Position numbers and translations under genes: made by a program | Shown here: piece after piece, positions 38,349 to 48,114 of the stretch | Layout of the letters: each line of letters starts with the position of its first letter | How positions within the stretch are numbered: the first letter of the stretch is position 1 | Virus record (IMG/VR): IMGVR_UViG_3300035502_000737 | DNA length: 64,000 bases | Strand: one strand, 5' to 3' | DNA from: a virus | Lineage: Duplodnaviria > Heunggongvirae > Uroviricota > Caudoviricetes | The notes under the pieces: generated by a model | Told to the model about the DNA's origin: nothing | Seen by the model: the letters and a program-made list of their open reading frames with translations, nothing else | The model's database searches: none

Positions 38349-39530
38349 ATGAAACAAGTCATAAAGCCGAAGATAAAGGCTGATTACGACATAACGGACG
38401 AACCTACCATTTTTACTCTCATCCTTGACATGAACTCCATCATGAAGATGTCATTGGTGGATAAGAGAATGAATGACAAGGGTGAGGAATACGGCATGGT
38501 TTATCAGACCCTCCTACAGATAAAGAAACAGATGGAGAGGAAGGACTACAATTTTGTCTACGCCTTCTACGACGGATATAACAGCGGACAGCTCCGTTAC
38601 AACCTTTATCACGATTACAAGGCAAACAGAGACAAGAGTTTCGAGGATTCATCTTCCCCAAAGACGGATTACGACAAGAAGATTGATGATTACTGCAAGA
38701 AGGTGTTGGCATACAGCAAGGAAAGGAAGAAAACGGTCAAGCGAGAGGAGACGGAGGACGAGTCTTTCGAGAGACAGCGCGAGATTATCTTCAAATGCCT
38801 TGAGGAACTGTATGTGAGGAACCTTATGTGCGATGACGTGGAGGGTGACGACTTGATTGCCTATTACGTCAACCACAAGAAGAGGAACGAGAAGATTGTC
38901 ATTGTCAGTGGGGATAGGGACTTGACGCAATTGATTTCGGAAGACGTGTGCATCTACGCCACGCAGTTGAAGAAGTACTTGAGCGTGAAGAACCATAAGG
39001 AACTAATGGGGTATACGCATGAGAATGTGCTGTTGAAGAAGATATTCTGCGGAGATTCGTCGGATAACATCAAGGGGATTAAGGGGCTTGGCGAGAAATC
39101 GTTTTTTAGCCTATTTCCTGACGCTAGGACGAAGCCAATGACCGTGGATGATATCTTATCCATCTCAAGGGAGAAAATCGCTGAGAGACGCTCAAATGGG
39201 CTCAAACCACTATTGGTTACAGAGAATATAGTGAACGCCGTAACATTGGGCTGCCAAGGGAAGGATATATATAGGATAAACGACCTTATCATCAACTTGA
39301 GGAAACCGCTCTTGACGGAGGAGGCGAACGAGGAGATTGAGGCGCTCTCTTACGCTCCGATGGATGGTGAAGGAAGAAGCTTCAAGAATTTGTTCGGAAT
39401 TGTATCCGAGTGTGGAATCAAGGAATTCTCTGACGAGGGCAAGTTCGGTGATTTTTTCGCTTGCTACAACAAACTTATTGATAATGAGAGAAAGTATGCG
39501 AAAAAGGCATTGGAGGAAGAAAAAAAGTAA
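38349..39530 (+). CDS. 5'-3' exonuclease / flap endonuclease (T4 RNase H, Pol I N-terminal type)
   Basis: YKANR, VEGDDLIAYY, IVSGDRDLTQL, GDSSDNIKGIKGLGEK. Confidence 0.9.
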   Translation: MKQVIKPKIKADYDITDEPTIFTLILDMNSIMKMSLVDKRMNDKGEEYGMVYQTLLQIKKQMERKDYNFVYAFYDGYNSGQLRYNLYHDYKANRDKSFEDSSSPKTDYDKKIDDYCKKVLAYSKERKKTVKREETEDESFERQREIIFKCLEELYVRNLMCDDVEGDDLIAYYVNHKKRNEKIVIVSGDRDLTQLISEDVCIYATQLKKYLSVKNHKELMGYTHENVLLKKIFCGDSSDNIKGIKGLGEKSFFSLFPDARTKPMTVDDILSISREKIAERRSNGLKPLLVTENIVNAVTLGCQGKDIYRINDLIINLRKPLLTEEANEEIEALSYAPMDGEGRSFKNLFGIVSECGIKEFSDEGKFGDFFACYNKLIDNERKYAKKALEEEKK

Positions 39531-39562
39531 TAGTTAAAGTTGCTAAAAAAGGTTCTCGAAAG

Positions 39563-39594
39563 CTTGGCGTTGAAAAAACTTTTGAGTATCTTTG
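39563..39594 (+). promoter_or_regulatory. Bacteroidota housekeeping-sigma promoter (variant -33 box)
   Basis: CTTG, 20-nt spacer, TATCTTTG (39587-39594). Confidence 0.6.
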
Positions 39595-39646
39595 CAATGT
39601 TGAGAATTATAAACATTTTGTTAACCGTTTAATTTTATTTAACCTA

Positions 39647-40447
39647 ATGGAAAATAGAAAAGAAGCCAACGAGCTGAGAGAGAGCAAGGAACAGAAGGAT
39701 GGAGTGCGCGAGTACAAGGAGGAACGATTCTCATTCATCCTTTACTTGAATGACAACCAAGTGTGCAAGCGCTATTTCAAGATTAACAATTACATCGAGG
39801 ATAGCATGCACTCTGTCGATTTCAAGTTTGTGTTCGATGAGTTGGTTGCGTTGATTGACGATGACCTTAAGTCAAAGAGCCGTGTATATACATGGTATTA
39901 TTACGATGAGAATCATGTGGACGAAGAGTTTGTGAATGAACTTCCCAAGCCTTGGGAATACACACTCAAGTTCGTGGTGTATGACAACAAGAAGCCCGTC
40001 ATGGAGCGCATTTGGGACGCTAGCGGATATCCGAAGGCTGTCCTTGACAGAATCGACTTGACCAACAAGTGGTTTCGCGTCAGCTCAAGGGAGGGCAGAA
40101 CGTATACGTTCGAGAAGAACGAGTATTTGGAGAACAACGGAAACCGTCTCTCCGCGGAAGTTTACGTGCAGAAAGCGATGATTATGGACAAGAAGGACGT
40201 TCCATTTGAAATCATCCGACGAATCTGCGACGCATGCTCTCCAAGGGACAATGGATACCAAGTCCAAGGTGACTACACCTTCGAGGACGAGTTTAAGCAG
40301 AAGGGAAAGAAGACAAAGCCCTACATCACTAGCTTGCGTATGGCTAACCAAGGCGTTGTGCAAGGTTGGAGCAAGAAACTCTACGAAAAGACAAAGAAAC
40401 ACGTAGTTGAACTTCATTATAAAGTGGGTAATGTCAATAAACAGTAA
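39647..40447 (+). CDS. Hypothetical protein upstream of the helicase
   Basis: 266-aa ORF with its own host-type promoter; no recognisable domain. Confidence 0.75.
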   Translation: MENRKEANELRESKEQKDGVREYKEERFSFILYLNDNQVCKRYFKINNYIEDSMHSVDFKFVFDELVALIDDDLKSKSRVYTWYYYDENHVDEEFVNELPKPWEYTLKFVVYDNKKPVMERIWDASGYPKAVLDRIDLTNKWFRVSSREGRTYTFEKNEYLENNGNRLSAEVYVQKAMIMDKKDVPFEIIRRICDACSPRDNGYQVQGDYTFEDEFKQKGKKTKPYITSLRMANQGVVQGWSKKLYEKTKKHVVELHYKVGNVNKQ

Positions 40448-42722
40448 GCAAAGCCTCGGATACTTGGGTGAGGACTTTCAGTACAAGTTGGTGCATGCTT
40501 TCATGGATGACAAGGAGTTCTTCAAGGATTTGAACGCGATTGTCGACCAAAACATGTTTACCAACCCCACGCTGAAGGTGTTCGTCGGAGTGATGAAAGA
40601 GTACTACGAGCGCGAAGAAGCAGTCCCCTCATATACCATGATGGGGATTGCTCTTAACGAGAAGTCACATAATGACATCGAGAAGGAGACGTTCGAAGCC
40701 ACTCTTGAGAAGATAAAAAATACGGAATCTGACGGTTCCAATTACATTCGCACGTTGGCTGAGAAGTTTTTCAAGCAGCAAAACATCGTGCGTGTCGCCA
40801 ACGAGATTCTTCGTATCGCTGGCAATGGCGACGTATCCCAATTCGAACGCTGCCAAGAACTTCTCTCCCAAGCTTTGAGTCAAGGAAATCACGACGACCT
40901 CGGACAATCCGTTTTTGACGACCTAGGAGAAACCCTTTCCAAAGACTACCGAGTGACCATTCCCACGGGAATCGGAAAGCTTGACGAGGCTTTGGAAGGA
41001 GGACTCGCAAAAGGAGAACTCGGTGTCATAATCGGTTCCTCATCTTTTGGAAAGGCACAACCCTTGTATTCTAAGATTGCGACTCCGAGCGGATTCGTCA
41101 AGATGGGGGATATCAAGGTTGGTGACAAGGTCATCGGAACGGACGGGCAAGCGCACAATGTTGTAGGGGTGTTCCCACAAGGAAAACGTGACGTGTATAG
41201 GGTGCGATTCTCCAACGGGACGGAATGCGAGTGTGATTATGAGCACTTGTGGACAATCACCACGAACAAAGACTCGCACGAGAAGACCATCACACTGCGT
41301 GAGATTCACGAGAAGTTGGAGGAGGACTCCGACTTGAGAGTCTACATTCCAAAGTTCGAGGCGCTTGAGTTTGAAGAGAACGACTTGATTGACGAGCACT
41401 ATGAATTCGGCTTTGACTTAGGAAAGGAAATATCCGAGAAAACGGAATCTGACATCTTCGACAGTTTTGAGCCGTGCATCTTCGACACATTCAAACACCG
41501 TTGCGAGATTCTGAACGGAATCTTGGACGCGAGCGGGCAGCAGCCTTCATACGGCGTGGTTCGTGTATTCGCATTGAACGAGCGCATTGCCAATACACTT
41601 GCGATGCTCGTGCGCTCGTTAGGCGAGAAGGCGGATGTGGTGCAATCCAAAGTCGTGGATAGAGAGAATGGGATTTACCTCTCCTATTATTGGGTTTATA
41701 TCAAGGTGAACAATCGGAAAATAAAGCTTTTCTCCGACTCTTCCAAGCAGAAGAACTTGGATTACTACTATGCGGAGAGGGACGAACTTCCCTACTTCAC
41801 GGAGATTGAGAAGGTGGGTAACACCGAAGCTCAATGCATTATGGTCGACGTGCCCAATCATTTGTACCTTACGGATGACTTCATTGTCACGCACAACACC
41901 TCGATAACCACTGCGATGGCCAATTATGCGGCCACCTACAAGTGCGAGCAGAATGCGGATAAAGGATTCAAGGTGCTTCAGATTGTATTCGAGGACAGAA
42001 TCAAGCAAATCCAACGAAAGCATATCGGACGTCTTACAAACATCGAGGCAAAAGATTTGTCAAAGGAGGAGAACATTGATTATGTCAAGCAAATGATTGA
42101 GTCCTATGAGGACAAGGATATGCTTCAGCAGAACTTGAGAATCAAGAAGTTCCCGTCTGGTGAGTTGACAGCCATAAAAATCAAGGATTTCATCAAGAAA
42201 TTGATAAACAACGGGTTCCGACCAGACTTGGTGATTATCGACTACTTTGAATGCTTGTACCACGTGGGGGATGAAAGCACTACTAACGAGTACGAGAAGG
42301 AAGGAAAGACGATGAGAAAACTCGAAGCCATGGCTGGCGAACTTAACATGGCCTTTTGGATTCCCACACAAGGAACCAAGGAAAGTGTGAACATGGAACT
42401 CGTGACCATGGACAAGGCTGGCGGCTCCTTCAAGAAAATCCAAATCGCCCACATCGTCGTCTCCATCGCACGAACCATGGAGGAAATCGAGAAGAGCAAG
42501 GCCACCATCGCACTCCTCAAGAATCGAGCAGGCGGAAGCGGCAAGGTCTTCAACAACGTGGAATTCAACAACGGTACGTGCCGAATTAGCACCGACAACA
42601 TTGACGAGTTCGACAATATGCTCGACTTCAAGAAGAAAAACCAAGAGGACATGACCAAAATGGCTTCTGAAATCTTCAAGAGGTCACGGCAACGGTATGA
42701 GGAGAAAAATCAATTAACCTAA
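40431..42722 (+). CDS. dnaB: Replicative helicase (DnaB/gp41-like) containing an intein
   Basis: Walker A GSSSFGK|T split by the intein, Walker B LVIIDYFECL, IPTQG, ALLKNR; ATG 40431 preferred. Confidence 0.9.
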   Translation: MSINSKQSLGYLGEDFQYKLVHAFMDDKEFFKDLNAIVDQNMFTNPTLKVFVGVMKEYYEREEAVPSYTMMGIALNEKSHNDIEKETFEATLEKIKNTESDGSNYIRTLAEKFFKQQNIVRVANEILRIAGNGDVSQFERCQELLSQALSQGNHDDLGQSVFDDLGETLSKDYRVTIPTGIGKLDEALEGGLAKGELGVIIGSSSFGKAQPLYSKIATPSGFVKMGDIKVGDKVIGTDGQAHNVVGVFPQGKRDVYRVRFSNGTECECDYEHLWTITTNKDSHEKTITLREIHEKLEEDSDLRVYIPKFEALEFEENDLIDEHYEFGFDLGKEISEKTESDIFDSFEPCIFDTFKHRCEILNGILDASGQQPSYGVVRVFALNERIANTLAMLVRSLGEKADVVQSKVVDRENGIYLSYYWVYIKVNNRKIKLFSDSSKQKNLDYYYAERDELPYFTEIEKVGNTEAQCIMVDVPNHLYLTDDFIVTHNTSITTAMANYAATYKCEQNADKGFKVLQIVFEDRIKQIQRKHIGRLTNIEAKDLSKEENIDYVKQMIESYEDKDMLQQNLRIKKFPSGELTAIKIKDFIKKLINNGFRPDLVIIDYFECLYHVGDESTTNEYEKEGKTMRKLEAMAGELNMAFWIPTQGTKESVNMELVTMDKAGGSFKKIQIAHIVVSIARTMEEIEKSKATIALLKNRAGGSGKVFNNVEFNNGTCRISTDNIDEFDNMLDFKKKNQEDMTKMASEIFKRSRQRYEEKNQLT
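41055..41897 (+). mobile_element. Class 3 intein (281 aa) with a degenerate LAGLIDADG domain
   Basis: Begins AQPL, ends THN before Thr+1; block B HLW, block F QCIMVD, block G IVTHN give the W-C-T signature; ILNGILDASG is LAGLIDADG-like. Confidence 0.85.
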
Positions 42723-42728
42723 CCGATT

Positions 42729-42764
42729 GTGGGTCAAGAAGATAAATCTTGGCCCACTTTTTTT
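42729..42764 (+). terminator. Intrinsic terminator
   Basis: gtgggtcaaga / tcttggcccac followed by T7. Confidence 0.8.
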
Positions 42765-42800
42765 ATCAATTAAAGTGGAAATTTTAATCCAAAAGTTTCC

Positions 42801-42929
42801 TATTTATATTCACCCACGTTTAAAAAAGTATTTGTTTGTTGTCTGATTTGACGGTATGGACGGTATGGCTGTAGTACTACAGAAATATTGATAATCAGAT
42901 AGTTAGCAAACACCATCTTTTAAAAGTGG
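42801..42929 (+). promoter_or_regulatory. TATTTAT motif followed by a structured nrdD 5' leader
   Basis: TATTTAT 42801-42807; nested stems 42814-42825/42918-42929 and 42834-42848/42893-42911; 14-bp palindrome at 42869-42882. Confidence 0.45.
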
Positions 42930-42971
42930 CTAAAAATCAACAAGTTAAAAAAATAAAAGTTTTCAAAAAAG

Positions 42972-45900
42972 ATGGTTGTACAAAAAAGTGACAATTCCTT
43001 TGAGGAATACAGCATTGAAAAGGTTAGGAACGGCATCTGCGAGGCTTATACGAGCGTTGGAGAGGAATGTCCCGAAATCCTAATCGAGAGCCTTGCCAAG
43101 AACTTGTACATCTACGACAAAATCAAGACCTCCGAGATTAGAAGACAAGTGGAGGAATGCTTGATGTCGTTTGATAAGAGAGTGGCGAAGGCGTATATCG
43201 CTAAATTCGATGAAATTGACGCGAACGGGAAACTTCTTAAAAGGAAGAAGGATTTCATCACCAACTACATCGATGCGTCCAATGCGTCAACGGGCTCAAA
43301 ATATGACCCCAACGCCAATGTGTCCAACAAGAACATTGCGACCCTTAACGCTGAGATTCCAAAGCAAGGCAATATCCAATTCAACCGATACAACACCTCT
43401 AACAAGATTGCTTCCATGTTTTCCAAGAAACTTGCCAAGCAGTATATCGAGGACTTGGAATCGCACATCATATACAAGAACGATGAGTCGACATTCGGTA
43501 TCAACTCTCCGTATTGTGTGGCCGTGCAGAGCTATCCATTCCTAATCGGAGGCTTGAAAGGACTTGGAGGACAGTCCTCAGCACCCAAGAACATCGACTC
43601 ATTCTGTGGTTCCTTCGTGAACTTCATCTTTGCGGTTTCCTCTCAGTTCGCTGGCGCTTGCCTTCACCATTCTCAACCCCTCGCCCTCACATCTCCTAGC
43701 GGAGACACACAAAGCATTCCCGTCAAGGACTTCGTGGACAGCATGTTCCTCAAGTCATCCACAACGGCTGAGTTTTACAACGAGCAAGGGCATTGGCGGT
43801 ATTCCGACATTTCAGAACTCGGATACTCGGTGGAGGAGAACGGCAAGAAAGTGAAGGTGAACAAGGTGTTCAAACGCACGTACCACGGCCAAATCTACGA
43901 AATTATATCCAAGAGCGGACTCGTGGCGAAGGTGTCAAAAGACCATAAGTTCAAGAAACTGCAAGGAGAGGAGTTCGTAACCACAAAGGCAGAGGACTTG
44001 AAGGTCGGAGACGAAGTGGAGGTTTCAAGCTATATCTGCAAGGGGAACACCGACGAAATCGTCGAGATAAGGAATTCCGATAACGACGAAAGATTCGTGT
44101 ACGAGATTGAGACCGAAAGTCATTGGTACAATTGCGGAGGATACATTACACATAACTGTGCCGTCGCAGGCTTCTTCAACATGATGGACTACTTCCTCAG
44201 AAAGGAATGGGGAAATGATTACTATCAGCATGAGAACGAAGCGACAAGGTTCAAGTTCGTGGACGGAAAGAAAGAGGGTGTCTCCATTTCAAAGCAGATT
44301 GACCAATATTTCCAACAGATTGTATACAGCATAAATATGCCAAGTGCTGCAAGGGGTTATCAGAGTGCGTAAATAACCTACCCTTTCATTCCATCCTTTT
44401 TCCACATGTTACCATGAAAAAACGAATTGAAGATACCGACGAAATGCGACAATACATTTACAATGAATACGTCGTTAACGATAAGACACGTAATGAAATT
44501 ATTGCAACATTAGATGTCCCGTTAGGCGCGTTGAAACGTTTTTTGAAAAGGAATCACATTCAAAAGGAAAAATTGGTAATTACGAAGGAGGGTTTGGAAA
44601 AGGTGATTGGTGAAGGCAAAACTCGTGGAGAGATTTGTAAGATATTTAATTGTTCAAAGGATTCTTTACGAAGAAGATGCAAGGAATATGGTCTTAAAGT
44701 GAAGGATGATGTTTATGTTCAATATGACCCAAGCAATGATGAGAAAATGATATCGATGTACGAGCAAGGATACTCTAGCACTCAGATTGCTAAAGCATTC
44801 AAGTTAGCCCATCGAACCGTATTGAATCATTTAATAAAAAACGGTATTGAAAGACGTTCATTATCTGATTCGCAAATGGCATATAAACAAAAAGTGCTTA
44901 GCGAAGATTTAAATGACTATGATACCATGTTTCAACTGCATATCGTCCAAAAAATGCCGTTGGCTGAAATAGCAAATCATTACGGATGTACTCCTAGAAC
45001 GGTCAGAAGGAGACTTATTAAATTGGGTATTGATGTAAAGGATTACAGATATGACGATGTGAAAGATACTTCAACTTATATTGAGTTTCATGAAACATTT
45101 AAGTCAACAGTTAGGAATAGGCTTCGCTATCTTACCAAGCAAGCGATGGAAAGAGACGGATACAAATGCAGAGAGTGCGGAAGTACGGAGAATTTGGAAG
45201 TACACCACATAAAGCGTTTCGGGCTTATCCTAAGAAGAATCCTCAATGAACATAAAGAATTGAACGAGTTTGACAAACGAGAGGAATTGTTCCAAATCGT
45301 TATTCATGACGAAGAAATGACTGATTTGGATAACTTAATCACCTTATGCCAAGAATGTCATAGAAAGACATTCGTTTGGAATGATAAATAGTATGCGCAC
45401 GTTAAACTTCTCTAATTGCTGGGAAGCGCTTAGAGCTTTCTGTACTCCTCTTACCTAGTAATAGGTAACGAGAACATACCGTAATGGGTATGGTATAGTG
45501 AAAATCAGAAAGATTGGGTAATCAGCAACGAAGAATCCCGTTTAGCATGGGATTTGTGTTCAACGACTATCGAAAGGCAGTCATAGATGACTGAACCGAG
45601 TAGAGTACACTCAAGCGAGTGGAAACGGGAAGGGCTACGAGTTGGCCGTGATATAGTCTCGTCTCTATTAGAAAATAATAGGCAGCTCAAGAAAGAGCGC
45701 ATGTGGAGTAGCGAACCGCATGGAAGACAACGTTACTAATTTTGGATATTTTGACAAACCTTATTTTGAAGGAATGTATGGAGAGTTCATTTTTCCCGAC
45801 GGGACACGACCACAATGGGAGAGTGTATCCTACCTACAGAAGAAGTTCATGCGTTGGTTTAACAACGAAAGAACAAAATGCGTATTGACGTTTCCCGTAA

Positions 45901-47586
45901 ACAAATCTGCGGCTTTATGCGGTAACGCATATTGAAAAACCCATCTAATTGCTGGAAGAGTTCCTTGCGTTCATTAATGACAAACGCATGGAGAGAATCA
46001 GCAGCGAAGAATCCAATTCCAAGAAAATGAGTTGGATTTGTGCTCAGAGACTATCGAAAGGCAGTCATTGTTGACTGAACCGAGTAGAGTACACTCAAGC
46101 GAGTGGAAATGGTGGGAGTCCAACACCGATAATGTTGGATTGTGATATAGTCCAAACATGTATGGCGACATACAGAAGTTCAAAAAAAAGAGAACTGCGC
46201 AAGAAGTAGCGCTCTTGCGTGAATACAATTGAGAGACGATGTCATTACTTTATAAGGACGGGGAGTTCGTCGACAAGGAGTATGCGGATTTCACTGCGGA
46301 GATGTATGCGGATGGCCATTCCTTCTTCACATATATCAGTGATTCTCCCGACACGTTGAGTTCTTGTTGCCGACTTTCCAACAAGATTACGGAGAACACC
46401 TTCAGTTTCACCAATGGACTGACGGGTGAGGCAACGGGCTCCAAGTCCGTCATCAGCCTTAACTACAACCGAATCACACAGAACTTTGTAAGGGAAGTGT
46501 ACGGAGGAGATAGGGACGCGTGGAAAAAAGACAAGGAGCAGTACAAGGAGAAGTTCAAGGAATACTTGATTCCCATCCTTGAGAGGGTATATAAGTACCA
46601 CACTGCTTATAACGAGATTCTGTGGGATTTGTACGAAGCGGATATGCTTCCAGTCTATAAGGCTGGGTTCATCCACCTTAACAAGCAGTACCTCACGCTT
46701 GGCTTGAACGGTGTGAACGAGGCTTGGATGTTTCTTGGCGGAGAGTGTAGGTATTCGGAGGATTATGTGGAATTCTGCAAGCTTATCTGCGGAACGATGA
46801 AGGAGCAGAATACGCTGCATAAGACGAAGAAGACAATGTTCAATTCCGAGTTTGTGCCTAGAAACGGTGGGCACGTTAAACCTCTTTTGATTGACTTGGA
46901 AACCATTGAGAGATGGCGACAAGGCGCAAGCAACAGAATTTGTAGTCTGTGTGCAGCGTGAACGACTGAGTAAAGAGGACTTTGGCAATTATGCCAAGGT
47001 GTGCGACAGTCTGAACTTCCATGGTAAAACATGGAGAGAGGAATCCGAAGAGGTTCCTCCGCTTGACGAATTATCGTCAAGTCTCCCTTTTCCACAAGAT
47101 ATGCACAATATCTGTAAGGGGCGTAACAGAGTGGCCGAAAGTCTTGGAATCAAGAACTACAAGTGGGATAAGCAAGACAAATATTGGGTTCCCGAAGGAA
47201 GGAACTGCTATACGTCTTATTTCTTCCTTCCCGACGACGAGGAAGTGAGTGTGATTGAGAAGATGCAGCTTCATGGCAAGGAGTTTGTGGAGAACTTGGA
47301 CGGAGGAAGCGCTTGCCATATCAACTTGAAGGAACATTTGTCATACGAGCAGTACAGAAAGCTGCTTGAGGTGGCTGGAACTATTGGAACCAACTATTTT
47401 ACCTTCAACGTCAAGAACACCGAGTGCCGTGACTGCGGATACATTAGCAAGCACACGCTTGAGGAGTGTCCCATCTGCGGAAGCAAGAACCTTGACTATT
47501 GGACAAGAATCATCGGATACCTTGTCAAGGTCAAGAACTTCTCCGAGGGAAGGCAGTTTGAGGAAGGAAAGAGAGTGTACGAATAA
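42972..47586 (+). CDS. nrdD: Anaerobic (class III) ribonucleotide reductase; join(42972..44370,45733..45898,46232..46859,47134..47586)
   Basis: Joined exons total 2646 nt (881 aa; 715 aa after intein removal); ATP cone, SSCCRL, C-terminal CRDC/CPIC and glycyl-radical TRIIGYL; junctions restore QSAFTNFGYFDK, TFPVETM and EFVPAESLG. Confidence 0.95.
43659..44156 (+). mobile_element. Mini-intein (166 aa, no endonuclease) in NrdD
   Basis: FAGA|CLHHSQ ... SKDHKF ... YEIETESHWY.CGGYITHN|CAVA: Cys1, block B His, terminal His-Asn, Cys+1. Confidence 0.9.
44371..45732 (+). mobile_element. Group I intron 1 of nrdD (1362 nt) with an HNH ORF in the P1 loop
   Basis: Exon ends in U, intron ends in G; P1 GUGCGU:GCGCAC (45395-45400); P aattgctgggaa 45414, Q aatcagcaa 45520, R ttcaacgactat 45559, S gtgatatagtct 45648. 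Confidence 0.92.
44414..45391 (+). CDS. Intron-encoded HNH homing endonuclease with N-terminal HTH repeats
   Basis: DGYKCRECGSTENLEVHHIK...DNLITLCQECH; several HTH-like segments; AT-rich. Confidence 0.88.
   Translation: MKKRIEDTDEMRQYIYNEYVVNDKTRNEIIATLDVPLGALKRFLKRNHIQKEKLVITKEGLEKVIGEGKTRGEICKIFNCSKDSLRRRCKEYGLKVKDDVYVQYDPSNDEKMISMYEQGYSSTQIAKAFKLAHRTVLNHLIKNGIERRSLSDSQMAYKQKVLSEDLNDYDTMFQLHIVQKMPLAEIANHYGCTPRTVRRRLIKLGIDVKDYRYDDVKDTSTYIEFHETFKSTVRNRLRYLTKQAMERDGYKCRECGSTENLEVHHIKRFGLILRRILNEHKELNEFDKREELFQIVIHDEEMTDLDNLITLCQECHRKTFVWNDK
45899..46231 (+). mobile_element. Group I intron 2 of nrdD (333 nt, no ORF)
   Basis: U|...G boundaries; P1 CCGU:GCGG (45909-45912); GUAA-looped P2; P aattgctggaa 45947, Q aatcagcag 45996, R tcagagactat 46044, S gtgatatagtcc 46142. 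Confidence 0.92.
46860..47133 (+). mobile_element. Group I intron 3 of nrdD (274 nt, no ORF, divergent core)
   Basis: P1 GUGCCU:GGGCAC (46869-46874); P10 GCCG:CGGU; P7 gactg (46964-46968) : cagtc (47007-47011); ends in G. Confidence 0.88.
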
Positions 47587-47599
47587 AAACAGTCGGATT

Positions 47600-47638
47600 G
47601 GAAGCGGAATTGGATTTCTTTTCCGCTTCCTTCCATTT
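47600..47638 (+). terminator. Terminator-like hairpin between nrdD and nrdG
   Basis: ggaagcggaa / ttccgcttcc stem with a weak T-tail. Confidence 0.55.
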
Positions 47639-47661
47639 TAAACAAAAAAACAATTATCGTA

Positions 47662-48114
47662 ATGGTAAAATACTATGTAAGCAGGGTTGTGTTTGAGGAA
47701 ATTCCCGACAAGGTGACTTTGTCATTCAGCATCACAAACTGCCAAGGAACGTGCAAGGGCTGTCATTCGGCCTTTTTAAGGCGAGATATCGGTGAGATGA
47801 TAGATTGTACCATTTTGGACAGAAAGTTCGTTAAAACGATTAAAAACGTCAATTGCGTGCTTTTCTTGGGAGAGGGTACTGACTTGCAAGCATTGATAGA
47901 GATGTCGGAGCATTTGAGAAAGAACTATAATCTTGAGACTGCCATTTACAGCGGAAGGGATGAAGTGGAGGACGAATTGTTCGAGCACTTTGATTATGTG
48001 AAGGTGGGAAGCTACCAAGCTGACAAGGGGCCTTTGAACAAGGAGACCACCAACCAAAGGCTGTATTACCACAGAGAGGATATCACAAGCAAGTTTTGGA
48101 ATAGAAAGAAATGA
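47662..48114 (+). CDS. nrdG: Anaerobic RNR activating protein (radical SAM)
   Basis: ITNCQGTCKGCHS (CxxxCxxC), VKVGSY...GPLN..TTNQR; adjacent to nrdD. Confidence 0.93.
   Translation: MVKYYVSRVVFEEIPDKVTLSFSITNCQGTCKGCHSAFLRRDIGEMIDCTILDRKFVKTIKNVNCVLFLGEGTDLQALIEMSEHLRKNYNLETAIYSGRDEVEDELFEHFDYVKVGSYQADKGPLNKETTNQRLYYHREDITSKFWNRKK

Noticed and set aside
1839-40430. Upstream alternative starts in the ORF track (1839, 11327, 11829, 32278, 33462, 40407)
   Set aside because: They overlap promoters, terminators or upstream genes; downstream ATGs (1902, 11399, 11967, 32413, 33474, 40431) fit the regulatory signals better
45720-47586. ORF-track entries 45720-45935, 46239-46961 and 46891-47586 as separate genes
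   Set aside because: They are nrdD exons with intron-derived extensions; the spliced frame explains them exactly
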